Assembly (NCBI GenBank): GCA_948432605.1
Contig: CAOJCV010000001.1
Location: 1-48,373 of the forward strand
Length of the DNA stretch: 48,373 nucleotides
From: an uncultured Mycoplasmatota bacterium
Lineage (GTDB): Bacteria; Bacillota_I; Bacilli_A; RF39; UBA660
Direction of reading: 5' to 3'
The translations under genes and the position numbers were made by a program. Position 1 is the first letter of the stretch; each line of letters opens with the position of its first letter. The notes beneath the pieces are model-generated. The model saw only the letters and a list, made by a program, of their open reading frames with translations. It did not search any database and had not been told where the DNA came from. This document shows positions 13,330-22,991 of the stretch, piece by piece.

Positions 13330-14025
13330 CTATTTTTTTAGTAATTTATATTCTTTTTCCTCTTTTAGACTATTTTCTAATGCACACAGTAACTCTAATA
13401 ATGACAAAGATACAATTTTCTTTTCTTTTAAAACTATTTCATACATTTTGGTCTTTTCTATATAGCTTAGATATAGGGAATTACCTTCTTTTATATTACT
13501 AGCTATACTAGGAAATAATTTTGTAAAATTTTTTAAAAATGCTTCTCTTCCATTCCAAAGATTTGTTGTTTTGTCTAAATAGCATGCTTGTAAATTTTCC
13601 ACTTCTCCGTAGATTTCTAAAACGTCATTGTGGTGTTCTTGTAAATTTTTTTCTAATGTATTAAATTCTTCTTTAGAAAAAGATTCTAAATTAGAAAGTA
13701 ATCTTTCTATAGTATTTTCACCTTTTACTTTTAATAATTTCTTTTGATAAGTTCTAGCTAGTTCATAATAGTATATTTCTCCAAAGAACGTTCCTTCTTT
13801 ATAAGTAAATTTTAATGTATATTTGGATAATATTTTAGATATGGTTGGATAGTTTTCAAAAGTGCGAATTAAAGAATGATGTCCAGTTAAAACGATTTGA
13901 TGATTGTTCTTTGTTAAAGCATTTATATATAATTTGTCGTTCATGTAGTGTAATGCTATTGAACACTCTTCTTTACCCCAATCATATATTAATTTTTCTA
14001 GCAAACATAATCTAAATGATTTCAT
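13330..14025 (-). CDS. Hypothetical protein
   Basis: 231-aa ORF inside the pcrA-ligA gene string. No motif recognised. Confidence 0.45.
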   Translation of the reverse strand: MKSFRLCLLEKLIYDWGKEECSIALHYMNDKLYINALTKNNHQIVLTGHHSLIRTFENYPTISKILSKYTLKFTYKEGTFFGEIYYYELARTYQKKLLKVKGENTIERLLSNLESFSKEEFNTLEKNLQEHHNDVLEIYGEVENLQACYLDKTTNLWNGREAFLKNFTKLFPSIASNIKEGNSLYLSYIEKTKMYEIVLKEKKIVSLSLLELLCALENSLKEEKEYKLLKK

Positions 14026-14075
14026 TTTTTATTTTTCTCCTTATTTTTTGCTAGTCTAACTCCTTTTTCTTTCTA

Positions 14076-16163
14076 TTATATTTTTTTTAAGCTTTTATGA
14101 TTTTTCATTAATTTTCTTATTCCATATGCTCTTGAAAATGCGATTGTTACAATGGAATTTTCTAATCCTACGACAACTCCTCGTCCATATATCGTATGTA
14201 TTACAACATCTCCAATGTTATATTCTACTTCTGTTTCATTATACATATTTTCTTTTTCAATTTTATGAGACATTAATGAATTATTTTTCTTTTCTATTTC
14301 TAGTAGTTCTTCATCTATTTCTTTTAAGAATCTACTTTCTGGATTGCTATTTGTATGTCCATACATCATTCGAGAATACGCATTTAGAAGATAAAGTTTT
14401 TCTTTTGCTCTTGTAATTCCAACATAGCATAATCTTCTTTCTTCTTCAATGCCATCTTCTTCGTTAAATGAATTTTGGTGTGGAAATATTCCATCTTCCA
14501 TCCCTACTAAAAAAACAACTTTAAATTCAAGCCCTTTAGCACTATGAAGGGTCATTAATGTCACAACATCTTCTGTATTTTTATGTTCAGAAATATCGGC
14601 AATTAAGCTTATTTCTTCTAAAAAATCATTTAAATCTACGCTTCCTGTTCTTTCTTCAAATGTTGCTGTAATACTTTTAAATTCCATTAAGTTGTCTAAA
14701 CGAAGTTCTGCTTCTAAAGATGGATCTAATTCTAGTTCTTGTTTCATTCCACTTTTTTCTAAAACTGCATCAACTAATTCAGTTAAGCTCATAGATTCTT
14801 TGTCTTTTTGTAATTCTAATATTAAATTTTTAAAACTAGCTTCTTTTCCACTTGTGATAGCATCAAACATGCTTTTTCCTTCAATGTTTGCCAATATTTC
14901 AAGTTTATCAACAGTAGTAGTTCCAATTCCTCTTTTTGGTACATTAATAATTCTTCTTAGAGAAATATCGTCATCTTTGTTTAAGATTAATCTCAAATAG
15001 CATATAAGATCTTTTATTTCTTTTCTAGAATAGAAGTAATAGCTTCCTACAACTTTATATGGTATATTCGATTTTAAAAATTGTTCTTCTACTGCACGTG
15101 ATTGAGCATTTGTTCTATAAAAAACTGCAATATCTTTTTTTTGATATCCTTCATCTAATAATTTTCTTATTTCAGAAATAACTAAATTTGCTTCTTGCTT
15201 TTCATCAGAAGCTCTTAAATATTTTGTTTTTTCCCCTTCTCCATGATGACTTATTAAATCTTTTGGCTTTCTATCTTTATTGTTTTTTATTACAGAATTT
15301 GCAGCATCCAAAATCATTTTGGTACTGCGGTAGTTGTCAACGAGCGCTACTACAACAGTATCTTTGTAGTCTTTTTCAAAATTTAAAATATTTTTGTAAT
15401 TTGCTCCACGAAATTGATAAATAGATTGATCTGGATCTCCAACTACAAAAAGATTTTTATGTTTGCTAGCTAAAAGTTTCACTAGTTTATATTGGACTTC
15501 GTTTGTATCTTGATATTCATCTATTAATATATATTGAAATTTATTTTGATAATGTTCTAAAATGTCTTTGTTATTTTGAAATAGTAGTACAGGAAGCTTT
15601 AATAAATCATCAAAATCTACTGAATTATTTTTCTTTAATTTTATATTATATTCTTTATATATATCAAAAGCGATTTTTTCCATGTCACTTTGGAAATATT
15701 TTTCTATTTCGGCGTCTGTTAACATTTCATTTTTTATAAAACTAATTCGATTTTTTATATAGGATGGACTAATTTGTTTTACATCATAGCCTTTTTCTTT
15801 TAAAATCTTTTTTATTAAACTTGTGACATCATCGCTATCTAAAATGGTAAAGCTTCTGGATAAGCCAAGTTTTAAAACATTTTCTCTAATAATTCTTAGA
15901 CCAAAGGAATGGAATGTTCCTACAAATGCATCACTGTTAGGAGTTATTTTCTCTATTCTTTCTTTCATTTCTTTTGCTGCTTTATTCGTAAACGTTATAG
16001 CTAAAATGTTATATGAAGGAACTCCTTCTGTAATTAAATTAGCTATTCTCGTTGTTAAAACTTTGGTTTTTCCTGATCCTGCTCCTGCTATTACTAAACA
16101 AGGACCATTTTGGTGCATTACTGCTTTTCTTTGTAATTCATTTAAACTTGTCATATCTATCAT
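14076..16163 (-). CDS. pcrA: ATP-dependent DNA helicase PcrA (UvrD/Rep superfamily 1)
   Basis: GAGSGKT Walker A, DEYQDT motif II, TLHSAKGLEF and VGITRA motifs. The start is set at the ATG after GAGGGTGA; the ORF track opens at 16184. Confidence 0.9.
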   Translation of the reverse strand: MIDMTSLNELQRKAVMHQNGPCLVIAGAGSGKTKVLTTRIANLITEGVPSYNILAITFTNKAAKEMKERIEKITPNSDAFVGTFHSFGLRIIRENVLKLGLSRSFTILDSDDVTSLIKKILKEKGYDVKQISPSYIKNRISFIKNEMLTDAEIEKYFQSDMEKIAFDIYKEYNIKLKKNNSVDFDDLLKLPVLLFQNNKDILEHYQNKFQYILIDEYQDTNEVQYKLVKLLASKHKNLFVVGDPDQSIYQFRGANYKNILNFEKDYKDTVVVALVDNYRSTKMILDAANSVIKNNKDRKPKDLISHHGEGEKTKYLRASDEKQEANLVISEIRKLLDEGYQKKDIAVFYRTNAQSRAVEEQFLKSNIPYKVVGSYYFYSRKEIKDLICYLRLILNKDDDISLRRIINVPKRGIGTTTVDKLEILANIEGKSMFDAITSGKEASFKNLILELQKDKESMSLTELVDAVLEKSGMKQELELDPSLEAELRLDNLMEFKSITATFEERTGSVDLNDFLEEISLIADISEHKNTEDVVTLMTLHSAKGLEFKVVFLVGMEDGIFPHQNSFNEEDGIEEERRLCYVGITRAKEKLYLLNAYSRMMYGHTNSNPESRFLKEIDEELLEIEKKNNSLMSHKIEKENMYNETEVEYNIGDVVIHTIYGRGVVVGLENSIVTIAFSRAYGIRKLMKNHKSLKKI

Positions 16164-16424
16164 GATTATCACCCTCGTGTTCATATTATATCAAATGCCA
16201 ATCAAAAAAACTATGAAAAGACACAAGTTTTACTTCTTTGATTTATGATATTTTATATTTTCTTTTTTGGAATAAAATTCAATCATTTTAAATGAATAAT
16301 ATAATTGTTTAAGAACATTATTATCAATTTACTATTTTAAAACAAAGAGTTACGAGTTTACAAATTTTAAGCTAAATTTGTAATATTTTTTGTATAAATT
16401 ATTATTCAGAAATAAAACAAGATT

Positions 16425-16455
16425 AATAAAAAACAGAAAAAGTTATCTTTTTCTG
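16425..16455 (-). terminator. Rho-independent terminator
   Basis: Minus strand CAGAAAAAG-ATAA-CTTTTTCTG followed by TTTTTT. Confidence 0.7.
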
Positions 16456-16562
16456 AATCAGTATTACTATCGAATCCGTATTCTCTTAAATCTCGCGATT
16501 CCATCCGTGATGCACAAATAATACTGGTGTGCATATTTATAGTATTTAAAATTTTTTTCTTT

Positions 16563-17396
16563 TTACTCTTCCTTTTTTTGCCAACTAAGTATATCTTCTT
16601 GATTGATTGCGATTCCGATAGTAATAATATACGCTATGATATAAAACCAAATCATTAAAACTATAAAATGAGATAATCCTCCATATAATATATCGTAATG
16701 TGCTACATTATTTACATAAAATGAGTATATTCCTGTACTTATTACAAATCCAAATGTCGTAAATAATGATCCTTTTGTTGTAAATTTACTAGGTAAATTT
16801 TTGTCAGGTGCCATGGTATATATTATTTTTATTAGAAAAAATATTAATAGCCATGAAATTGGTCCTTTTGAAATATTTACAATAAATATTAAAGAATTAG
16901 TAATTGTTCTGTTAAAATGAATTAATTTTATTAGGTTTATTATTTTATCTCCAAATGCTGGAACTAGTAATAAGAATATAATCAATGTTATTAATAAAAA
17001 TGTCATAATTAATCCTTTTATTTTTCTTTTTAAAAAAGTAGAATTTTCTATATGATAAAGTTCATTTGAAGTTATTATAATTGAACTCGCCCCACCACTT
17101 GCAGCGTAGTAAGCAACACAAAGAGGCACTAGAAATTCTTTTGTAAATTTAATTTCATTAATGATCGGAATTAGTAAATCTTTTATATCATTTCCAAATG
17201 CTCGTATTAAAAAGCTAGATAAAAAGTCTGGTGAGACATTGAAAAGAGAAATCCCATACACTATTAAAGTTACCATAGGTACAATTGCTAATAATAAAAA
17301 GAAAGCAAGTTGACCTGGTAACACTAACATTTCTGGTTTGATTAGAATTTCCCATAATCTTTCTATTATATTTGTTGCTTTCTTTGTTATTTTCAT
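16563..17396 (-). CDS. YihY/BrkB-family integral membrane protein
   Basis: 277 aa with about 6 TM segments and a family-like N-terminus. ATGA start/stop overlap with the upstream gene. Confidence 0.65.
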   Translation of the reverse strand: MKITKKATNIIERLWEILIKPEMLVLPGQLAFFLLLAIVPMVTLIVYGISLFNVSPDFLSSFLIRAFGNDIKDLLIPIINEIKFTKEFLVPLCVAYYAASGGASSIIITSNELYHIENSTFLKRKIKGLIMTFLLITLIIFLLLVPAFGDKIINLIKLIHFNRTITNSLIFIVNISKGPISWLLIFFLIKIIYTMAPDKNLPSKFTTKGSLFTTFGFVISTGIYSFYVNNVAHYDILYGGLSHFIVLMIWFYIIAYIITIGIAINQEDILSWQKKEE

Positions 17397-19408
17397 TTTT
17401 CTTCTTCCTTTTTACTCTCTTTTTGCTTTTTTATATCTTCTATACATTCATTAATCGCATCTTCTATTGATTTTAAATCGTCTAATATCATGCTATAAGT
17501 TATGCATGCTCCATATTCATATGGTAAACTTTTAAATTCTTTATTTAATTTATGAATGTAGCTTGTGATTTGTTTTTGGGAGTATCCAACTAAGTAAATC
17601 ATAAATTCATTTCCATTTGTTCTTATGATATCTGTATTTTCTAGTTGTGAACGAATTAAGATGTTTGCTGCTCCCTTAATTTGTCTGTCGCCTTCTTCAT
17701 ATCCTAAAGTATCATTTATATTTTGGATTTTATTTAAATCGATTATTATAACACTTTGTGGATATATGGTATTTTTATTCCAATTTGGTAAACTTTCATT
17801 TAAGTAATTTCGGTTCTTTAAAGAAGTCAGTTGATCCATCAATTTTATTTTGTCTTCTTTTTTTAATTTTTTTTGCATTCTTACTCTTTTGCTTGAACGA
17901 TAAATAAGCCCTAAAATTATAACGGTTAAAATGATCATATAAAGAGCATATTTTGCTAAACTATTTATAAATGAACCTTTTGTTTCTGCAAGTGATGCTA
18001 AAAAGTTCCCTTTATTTATTAAAGTATTTTGATCGAAGTAATTAAAGTATCTTAACAGTAACGTATTTAATGTTTCATTCCCTAATGAACGGATTGAATA
18101 TGTATTATTTAAATTAAGTTGAAATCTAGAACTATATTTTTCTAAATCAGAACGTCTTAAATATTCTCCTTTTAAGCTATCCATAGCTATTAGATTACTT
18201 TTATCTTTTAAAATTGTATTTAATTTGTCTTTTTTGTATGTTTTAACTTGCAGTCCTTCTATTCCGATTAATTTTTGATGTAATGTTGTATTTTCTTCCA
18301 CATAAATAATATAGTTTTTTAAAGTTGATAACGAGTTTATAACTATAGGATTAGATTCATGAGCATATATATTAAATTTTATTGGAATTCCTGTGTTTAT
18401 TGTAGCTCCTGTAGAAATAGCTGTACCATAATTGAAATATAAATCAATTTTATTATCATTTAAATCTCTTATAATTTTTTTATCTGATTTATATTCTTTA
18501 TAATATATATCGACTCCAGCAAATCCTGCAAAAGAATCCATAATTTCTGACAGTATTCCACCGAATGTTGTATTTCCATCTACTGTATAAGGGACATGAT
18601 TTTTATAAGCAAAATTTAATGTTTTTTTCTGTAATTCCCCTAAAGATGCTACGCTTATATTTAAATTTTCTAAAAATAATTTTCTTTCTTGCTCTTGTAT
18701 TTCTTTAGTTAATTCTTTTTTCCATAAATTATAATATTTTTCTATGATGTGAAAGAAGGTTGTATTTTTTGAATCATGAACGTAATAATATCTTTTTAAA
18801 TCACTAAAGTGATAAGAAATCCAATATTTTTTTGAAAGTATTCTATCAATATTTTCTATTCTAGGTATAATAATATTATTTATTTCGCCACTTTCTAATT
18901 GAGTTTGCATTTCTTCTAATGTGTTATAGGCAATAAATGTATTAGAATTTGATCCTAAATAATTTTCTATGATATTTTTTGAATTGTTTAAAACACCAAT
19001 TTTTCGATTTTTTATTTCTGAAAATGAAGTTATATTTTCTTCGATTTTTCCTACTAAAACATAAAAATCTTCATAGAAAACAAATGAATTTTCTTTTAGT
19101 GTATCGCCAACCATAAAGGCGAGACTATCTTCCACTTCATCTCTTTTCATAGTTACAGGATTTATTTTTATTCCGTATTCATTTGCTAAACTTTGGATAA
19201 AATTGTAATAAACTCCTTGTCCTAAGTTTCCAAATATATTTGCATCATTAATTAAGTGAACATTTTGAACAATTTGTTCATTTTCACTTACCCATTTTCT
19301 TTCTTCAGCATTTAATTTATTTTGATTGTTGTTTAGTATGAAAAAGATGCTTATTATAATCGCTATTAAAATTCCTAATCCAAGTATTTTTTTCACATTT
19401 TTATTCAT
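17393..19408 (-). CDS. Membrane sensor with extracytoplasmic solute-binding-like region and a degenerate GGDEF domain
   Basis: N-terminal TM, about 460-aa extracellular part, second TM, then DQLTSLKNR ... RTNGNEF, where NGNEF replaces GG(D/E)EF. Start set at the ATG at 19408. Confidence 0.65.
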   Translation of the reverse strand: MNKNVKKILGLGILIAIIISIFFILNNNQNKLNAEERKWVSENEQIVQNVHLINDANIFGNLGQGVYYNFIQSLANEYGIKINPVTMKRDEVEDSLAFMVGDTLKENSFVFYEDFYVLVGKIEENITSFSEIKNRKIGVLNNSKNIIENYLGSNSNTFIAYNTLEEMQTQLESGEINNIIIPRIENIDRILSKKYWISYHFSDLKRYYYVHDSKNTTFFHIIEKYYNLWKKELTKEIQEQERKLFLENLNISVASLGELQKKTLNFAYKNHVPYTVDGNTTFGGILSEIMDSFAGFAGVDIYYKEYKSDKKIIRDLNDNKIDLYFNYGTAISTGATINTGIPIKFNIYAHESNPIVINSLSTLKNYIIYVEENTTLHQKLIGIEGLQVKTYKKDKLNTILKDKSNLIAMDSLKGEYLRRSDLEKYSSRFQLNLNNTYSIRSLGNETLNTLLLRYFNYFDQNTLINKGNFLASLAETKGSFINSLAKYALYMIILTVIILGLIYRSSKRVRMQKKLKKEDKIKLMDQLTSLKNRNYLNESLPNWNKNTIYPQSVIIIDLNKIQNINDTLGYEEGDRQIKGAANILIRSQLENTDIIRTNGNEFMIYLVGYSQKQITSYIHKLNKEFKSLPYEYGACITYSMILDDLKSIEDAINECIEDIKKQKESKKEEEK

Positions 19409-19416
19409 AAGAAACA

Positions 19417-19923
19417 CTACTCCTCGTTACTACTTTCTGGTATTGGGGTATTATTATTCCATATTAAGTTTGTACGATTAATATTTTTGGCTCCCATTAG
19501 TGTAAAACCTTTGGCACTTTCAGTATCATTTTTTACTATAGTAAAATGTATATCATATAATTCTTTTATTTCATCACTTATTTCAGGAATTGTTGAAGAT
19601 GCTATTTCTTTTGCTTTTTCTAAGGAAACACCATCAAATTCTATTCGAATATAAACTATTTTTCCTTGTGTATGAATCTCAACAGTCTTTACGGTTTCCT
19701 CTTCTTTTAGCTTATTTATAATTTTTGTTTTTTCTTCTTCTTTTAATGTTACATTTTGGATATTATCTAATCTATCTCCATAATTAGATGAACTCGCTCC
19801 AAAAAAATATTTAAAGCAAATTCCAACGATAATAAAGAAACATATGATTATAATTGTAGATAAAATAATTAATATTCGGTTGTTATCCCAAATCTTTTTC
19901 ATTTTTTTCATTTTTTCACCCAT
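19417..19923 (-). CDS. Membrane-anchored hypothetical protein
   Basis: 168-aa ORF with a single N-terminal TM. Its stop abuts the next gene. Confidence 0.5.
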   Translation of the reverse strand: MGEKMKKMKKIWDNNRILIILSTIIIICFFIIVGICFKYFFGASSSNYGDRLDNIQNVTLKEEEKTKIINKLKEEETVKTVEIHTQGKIVYIRIEFDGVSLEKAKEIASSTIPEISDEIKELYDIHFTIVKNDTESAKGFTLMGAKNINRTNLIWNNNTPIPESSNEE

Positions 19924-20014
19924 TTCAATTTGTATTCTTATTATATCTTAATTTTATAATTTTTTAAAGTATCTATTCATTTTCTTTATTTTCTAAAAAA
20001 AAATAGTTTTTTTA

Positions 20015-20602
20015 CTATTTCTTTTCCTCTAATGTTATGGCTTCTAAAGATTGATTTTTTATTTTATTTAACGATTCTGTTTTATTATCTTTCTTTAATT
20101 TAAACCATTTTGTAAAAATATTTATAAATACCATAACTGCTACAATAATATAAATAATATCTAATACAATAGACCAAATATTTAATAAAATTGGCTTTTC
20201 TAATGGTAATAATAAAGTGTCTCCAATGTTTCTAATAAAAATGAAAGGAAGTTTTATTATACAAATTAGAAATAATAAAACCAATAAATCCATAATAATT
20301 TTAGCATTTTCTTTCATATTATTTTTTGACATTTGCTCAACTATATTTTGAATTATTTTAAATAATTCTTCTAATTTTTTTGATATAGTCTCTTTTTTTA
20401 TTCGTTTGGGATTTATGCCATGATTTAATAAAATATCTTCATATATTTTTTCTATACTACCTAGCTTTTTTATTGATTCTTCTTCACTTAAATTATCATT
20501 TTCTATTAATTTTTGATAATTATTAAGTATATTTTCTTGTTCTTTTTCAGTAAATATATCTAATTTCGTTTTTAATTTATTTAAAAATTCTTCTTTTTTC
20601 AT
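20015..20602 (-). CDS. DUF1700 (HAAS)-like membrane protein
   Basis: N-terminal pattern EFL..L...L......E.E.IL.NY...I, followed by C-terminal TM helices. ATGA overlap with the upstream gene. Confidence 0.5.
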   Translation of the reverse strand: MKKEEFLNKLKTKLDIFTEKEQENILNNYQKLIENDNLSEEESIKKLGSIEKIYEDILLNHGINPKRIKKETISKKLEELFKIIQNIVEQMSKNNMKENAKIIMDLLVLLFLICIIKLPFIFIRNIGDTLLLPLEKPILLNIWSIVLDIIYIIVAVMVFINIFTKWFKLKKDNKTESLNKIKNQSLEAITLEEKK

Positions 20603-22320
20603 TCTTCTATCCTTTCTATTACTGTTGTTTTATATAATGTAACTGTTTCCTGTTCTAAATCACTTACTAATGTTATTTTTTTTATTTTCTTTTTAAATTC
20701 ATAATTCATTACTTTTATTATAACCGCATTTTCATCTTTTCTTACATTTTTTTGAAAATCTATTATAAATAATGGACAATTTTTTTCTAATACTAAGGTA
20801 TCTCCTAATAGGTAATTCTTTTTTAATTCACTTGGAATAAATAAAACTTCACAATTTTCTTTTAATTTTCCTATGTATGTAATATCATTTTCACCAGCAT
20901 TTTGACAGGGAGCAAGTATTCTTTTAGTTGATGCTTTTATTCTTTTTTCCATTTTTCGATTAGATTTCCAAAAGACATTTATATTACCTTTTACTTTTTG
21001 AGTTTGTAAAGTCTTTATTTTTTCTTCCATTTTTATTATAGATTTTAAACACGCTGTATTACTAGTTAAATTAATATTTTTAAAATATTTTACTTTTATC
21101 ATAATATTATTAGGATTCGATAATGTATTTATAAATTCTTCTACATTATTTTTTTGATCTTCTATATTTTCTGATAAAACATTTTTAGAAATATAAGAAT
21201 ATGCAATTAATAGCTCTTGGTCTTCTTTCTTTTTTTTATAAAATTCATTTTCTAGTTCTTTCATAGTCTCTTCATAAGTTAGTTTTTTATTTTCTATTTG
21301 ATTTTCGTCTTCTATTTTTGGCTCTTCTATTTTTAAGTTGTCAAATTCTATAAAGAAATCACCAATTGTTCTAATATCTAAGTCTGGTATTATTTTATAT
21401 TTTTCCATAATTCTATTTATTTCATTTTCTTTATAATGTTCATAACTTACTATTTGATGAATAGAATTTTTGTCTTCAATTTCTTTTATTATCTTTTCAA
21501 AATCTTGTTTTTTCGAAAATAATCCCTTTTTATTATTTTTCTCTTTTTCTATTGCTTCTATTTTTTCTTTTAAAGTATTTGTTTCTAATGGAAGTTTTAT
21601 TAATTGGTATTTATTTTTTAAAAAACCTTCTTCAATTTCTAAAGATTGTATAAAATCAACAAGTTCTTTTATATATTTTTCTAGTAAATCTTTTTCTTTT
21701 AGTTCGTTTATTTCTATTTTCCATGATTCTACAGTATCTTTATAGGTAACATCATCACTTTCTGCAGCTAGTTTTTTAATTTTTTCTACAGTTAAATTTT
21801 TCTTATCTTTAATTATTTCATTCCAATAATTTTGTTTTTCGTTATGTTCATTGGTTAATTTTATTAAGTTTTGATAAGTTACTTTTTGGATTCTAATTTT
21901 TTCTTCCATGACTTCTAATAAAATTAAAAAAGTACGTTTTATTTTTTTTAAATATAAGTTTTCTTTCGTAGGATTTGATCTTTTTTTTACTTCAGGGTTA
22001 ATATTTTGCAATTCGTCTTTTTTCAATTCTTTGGTTTCTAGTTTATATATTATATCTGTTATTTTTTTATTATAATAAGGCAAGTCAATACTTACTGATG
22101 ATTTCTTGCCAACTCTTTTATACCAAGAATATTTGGCTAAAAAATCTTCTGCATCTTCTCTATCTTTTGGTATATAAATTCTTTTTAATTCTCCATAATA
22201 AGGCATTTTTATACTGTATGCGATTCCGATATCTAACCCATTTACATACAAAAATGGCTCTTTTTTTAGAGATTGAAATCCATATTTATTGAATAATTTT
22301 ATTAGTTCTTCTTGCTTCAC
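20599..22320 (-). CDS. Hypothetical 573-aa Lys/Glu-rich, probably coiled-coil protein
   Basis: Long ORF, translationally coupled to the DUF1700-like gene. No catalytic motif recognised. Confidence 0.5.
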   Translation of the reverse strand: MKQEELIKLFNKYGFQSLKKEPFLYVNGLDIGIAYSIKMPYYGELKRIYIPKDREDAEDFLAKYSWYKRVGKKSSVSIDLPYYNKKITDIIYKLETKELKKDELQNINPEVKKRSNPTKENLYLKKIKRTFLILLEVMEEKIRIQKVTYQNLIKLTNEHNEKQNYWNEIIKDKKNLTVEKIKKLAAESDDVTYKDTVESWKIEINELKEKDLLEKYIKELVDFIQSLEIEEGFLKNKYQLIKLPLETNTLKEKIEAIEKEKNNKKGLFSKKQDFEKIIKEIEDKNSIHQIVSYEHYKENEINRIMEKYKIIPDLDIRTIGDFFIEFDNLKIEEPKIEDENQIENKKLTYEETMKELENEFYKKKKEDQELLIAYSYISKNVLSENIEDQKNNVEEFINTLSNPNNIMIKVKYFKNINLTSNTACLKSIIKMEEKIKTLQTQKVKGNINVFWKSNRKMEKRIKASTKRILAPCQNAGENDITYIGKLKENCEVLFIPSELKKNYLLGDTLVLEKNCPLFIIDFQKNVRKDENAVIIKVMNYEFKKKIKKITLVSDLEQETVTLYKTTVIERIEE

Positions 22321-22393
22321 TTTTATTATCCCCTTTTAACTCATTATAGCACAAAGTATTTAATTTGTGATATAATCTTTTTAGGAGGCACAT

Positions 22394-22933
22394 ATGAAAG
22401 TTACTGTTTTGAAGGACAAAAAACCTAACACTCAACTACCAGAATTTTTATCTTCTATTTTTCTATTTATTTTAGGAATTCTTTTGATTTTTAATTCGGA
22501 CGGTCTTATAAGCTTTATTTTCACTATTCTTGGTGCATTTGTTATTTTGTATGGAATTAGCAAATTTTTGAGATATTATCAGTTAAAAAATCAATTACAT
22601 GTGGATCAGCCAGATATTTTAATCTCAGCTATTTCTGTTACATTTGTAGGCTTACTTGTTGTTCTTTTATCAAATATTTTAGTAAGTGCTATTAAGATCG
22701 TAACAGGTATATGGTTATTTTTTGTAGGAATTTCTAAATTGAATCATGCAATTGCTTTAAAGGGTGTAAATTCTAAACAATATTTTATTGAATTGTTTTC
22801 TGCGATTATTTTATTATTACTCGGATTTTATACTATATTTGCTAAAAATGTTGTGTTAGTATTTTTAGGAATTGTTTTGATTTTTTATGCTGGAGCCGAT
22901 CTAATGAAATACTTCTTTCAAAAAAAAGCTTAA
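22394..22933 (+). CDS. Small integral membrane protein (HdeD/DUF308-like)
   Basis: 179 aa with about 6 TM helices. AGGAGG RBS. Confidence 0.5.
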   Translation: MKVTVLKDKKPNTQLPEFLSSIFLFILGILLIFNSDGLISFIFTILGAFVILYGISKFLRYYQLKNQLHVDQPDILISAISVTFVGLLVVLLSNILVSAIKIVTGIWLFFVGISKLNHAIALKGVNSKQYFIELFSAIILLLLGFYTIFAKNVVLVFLGIVLIFYAGADLMKYFFQKKA

Positions 22934-22947
22934 TTTAAGCTTTTTTA
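22922..22947 (+). terminator. Rho-independent terminator
   Basis: AAAAAGCTT-AATTT-AAGCTTTTT followed by a T-run; overlaps the stop codon. Confidence 0.65.
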
Positions 22948-22991
22948 TATTCTTATTTATTTTTAAAATTAGTAGAGAAATACTAATTTTT

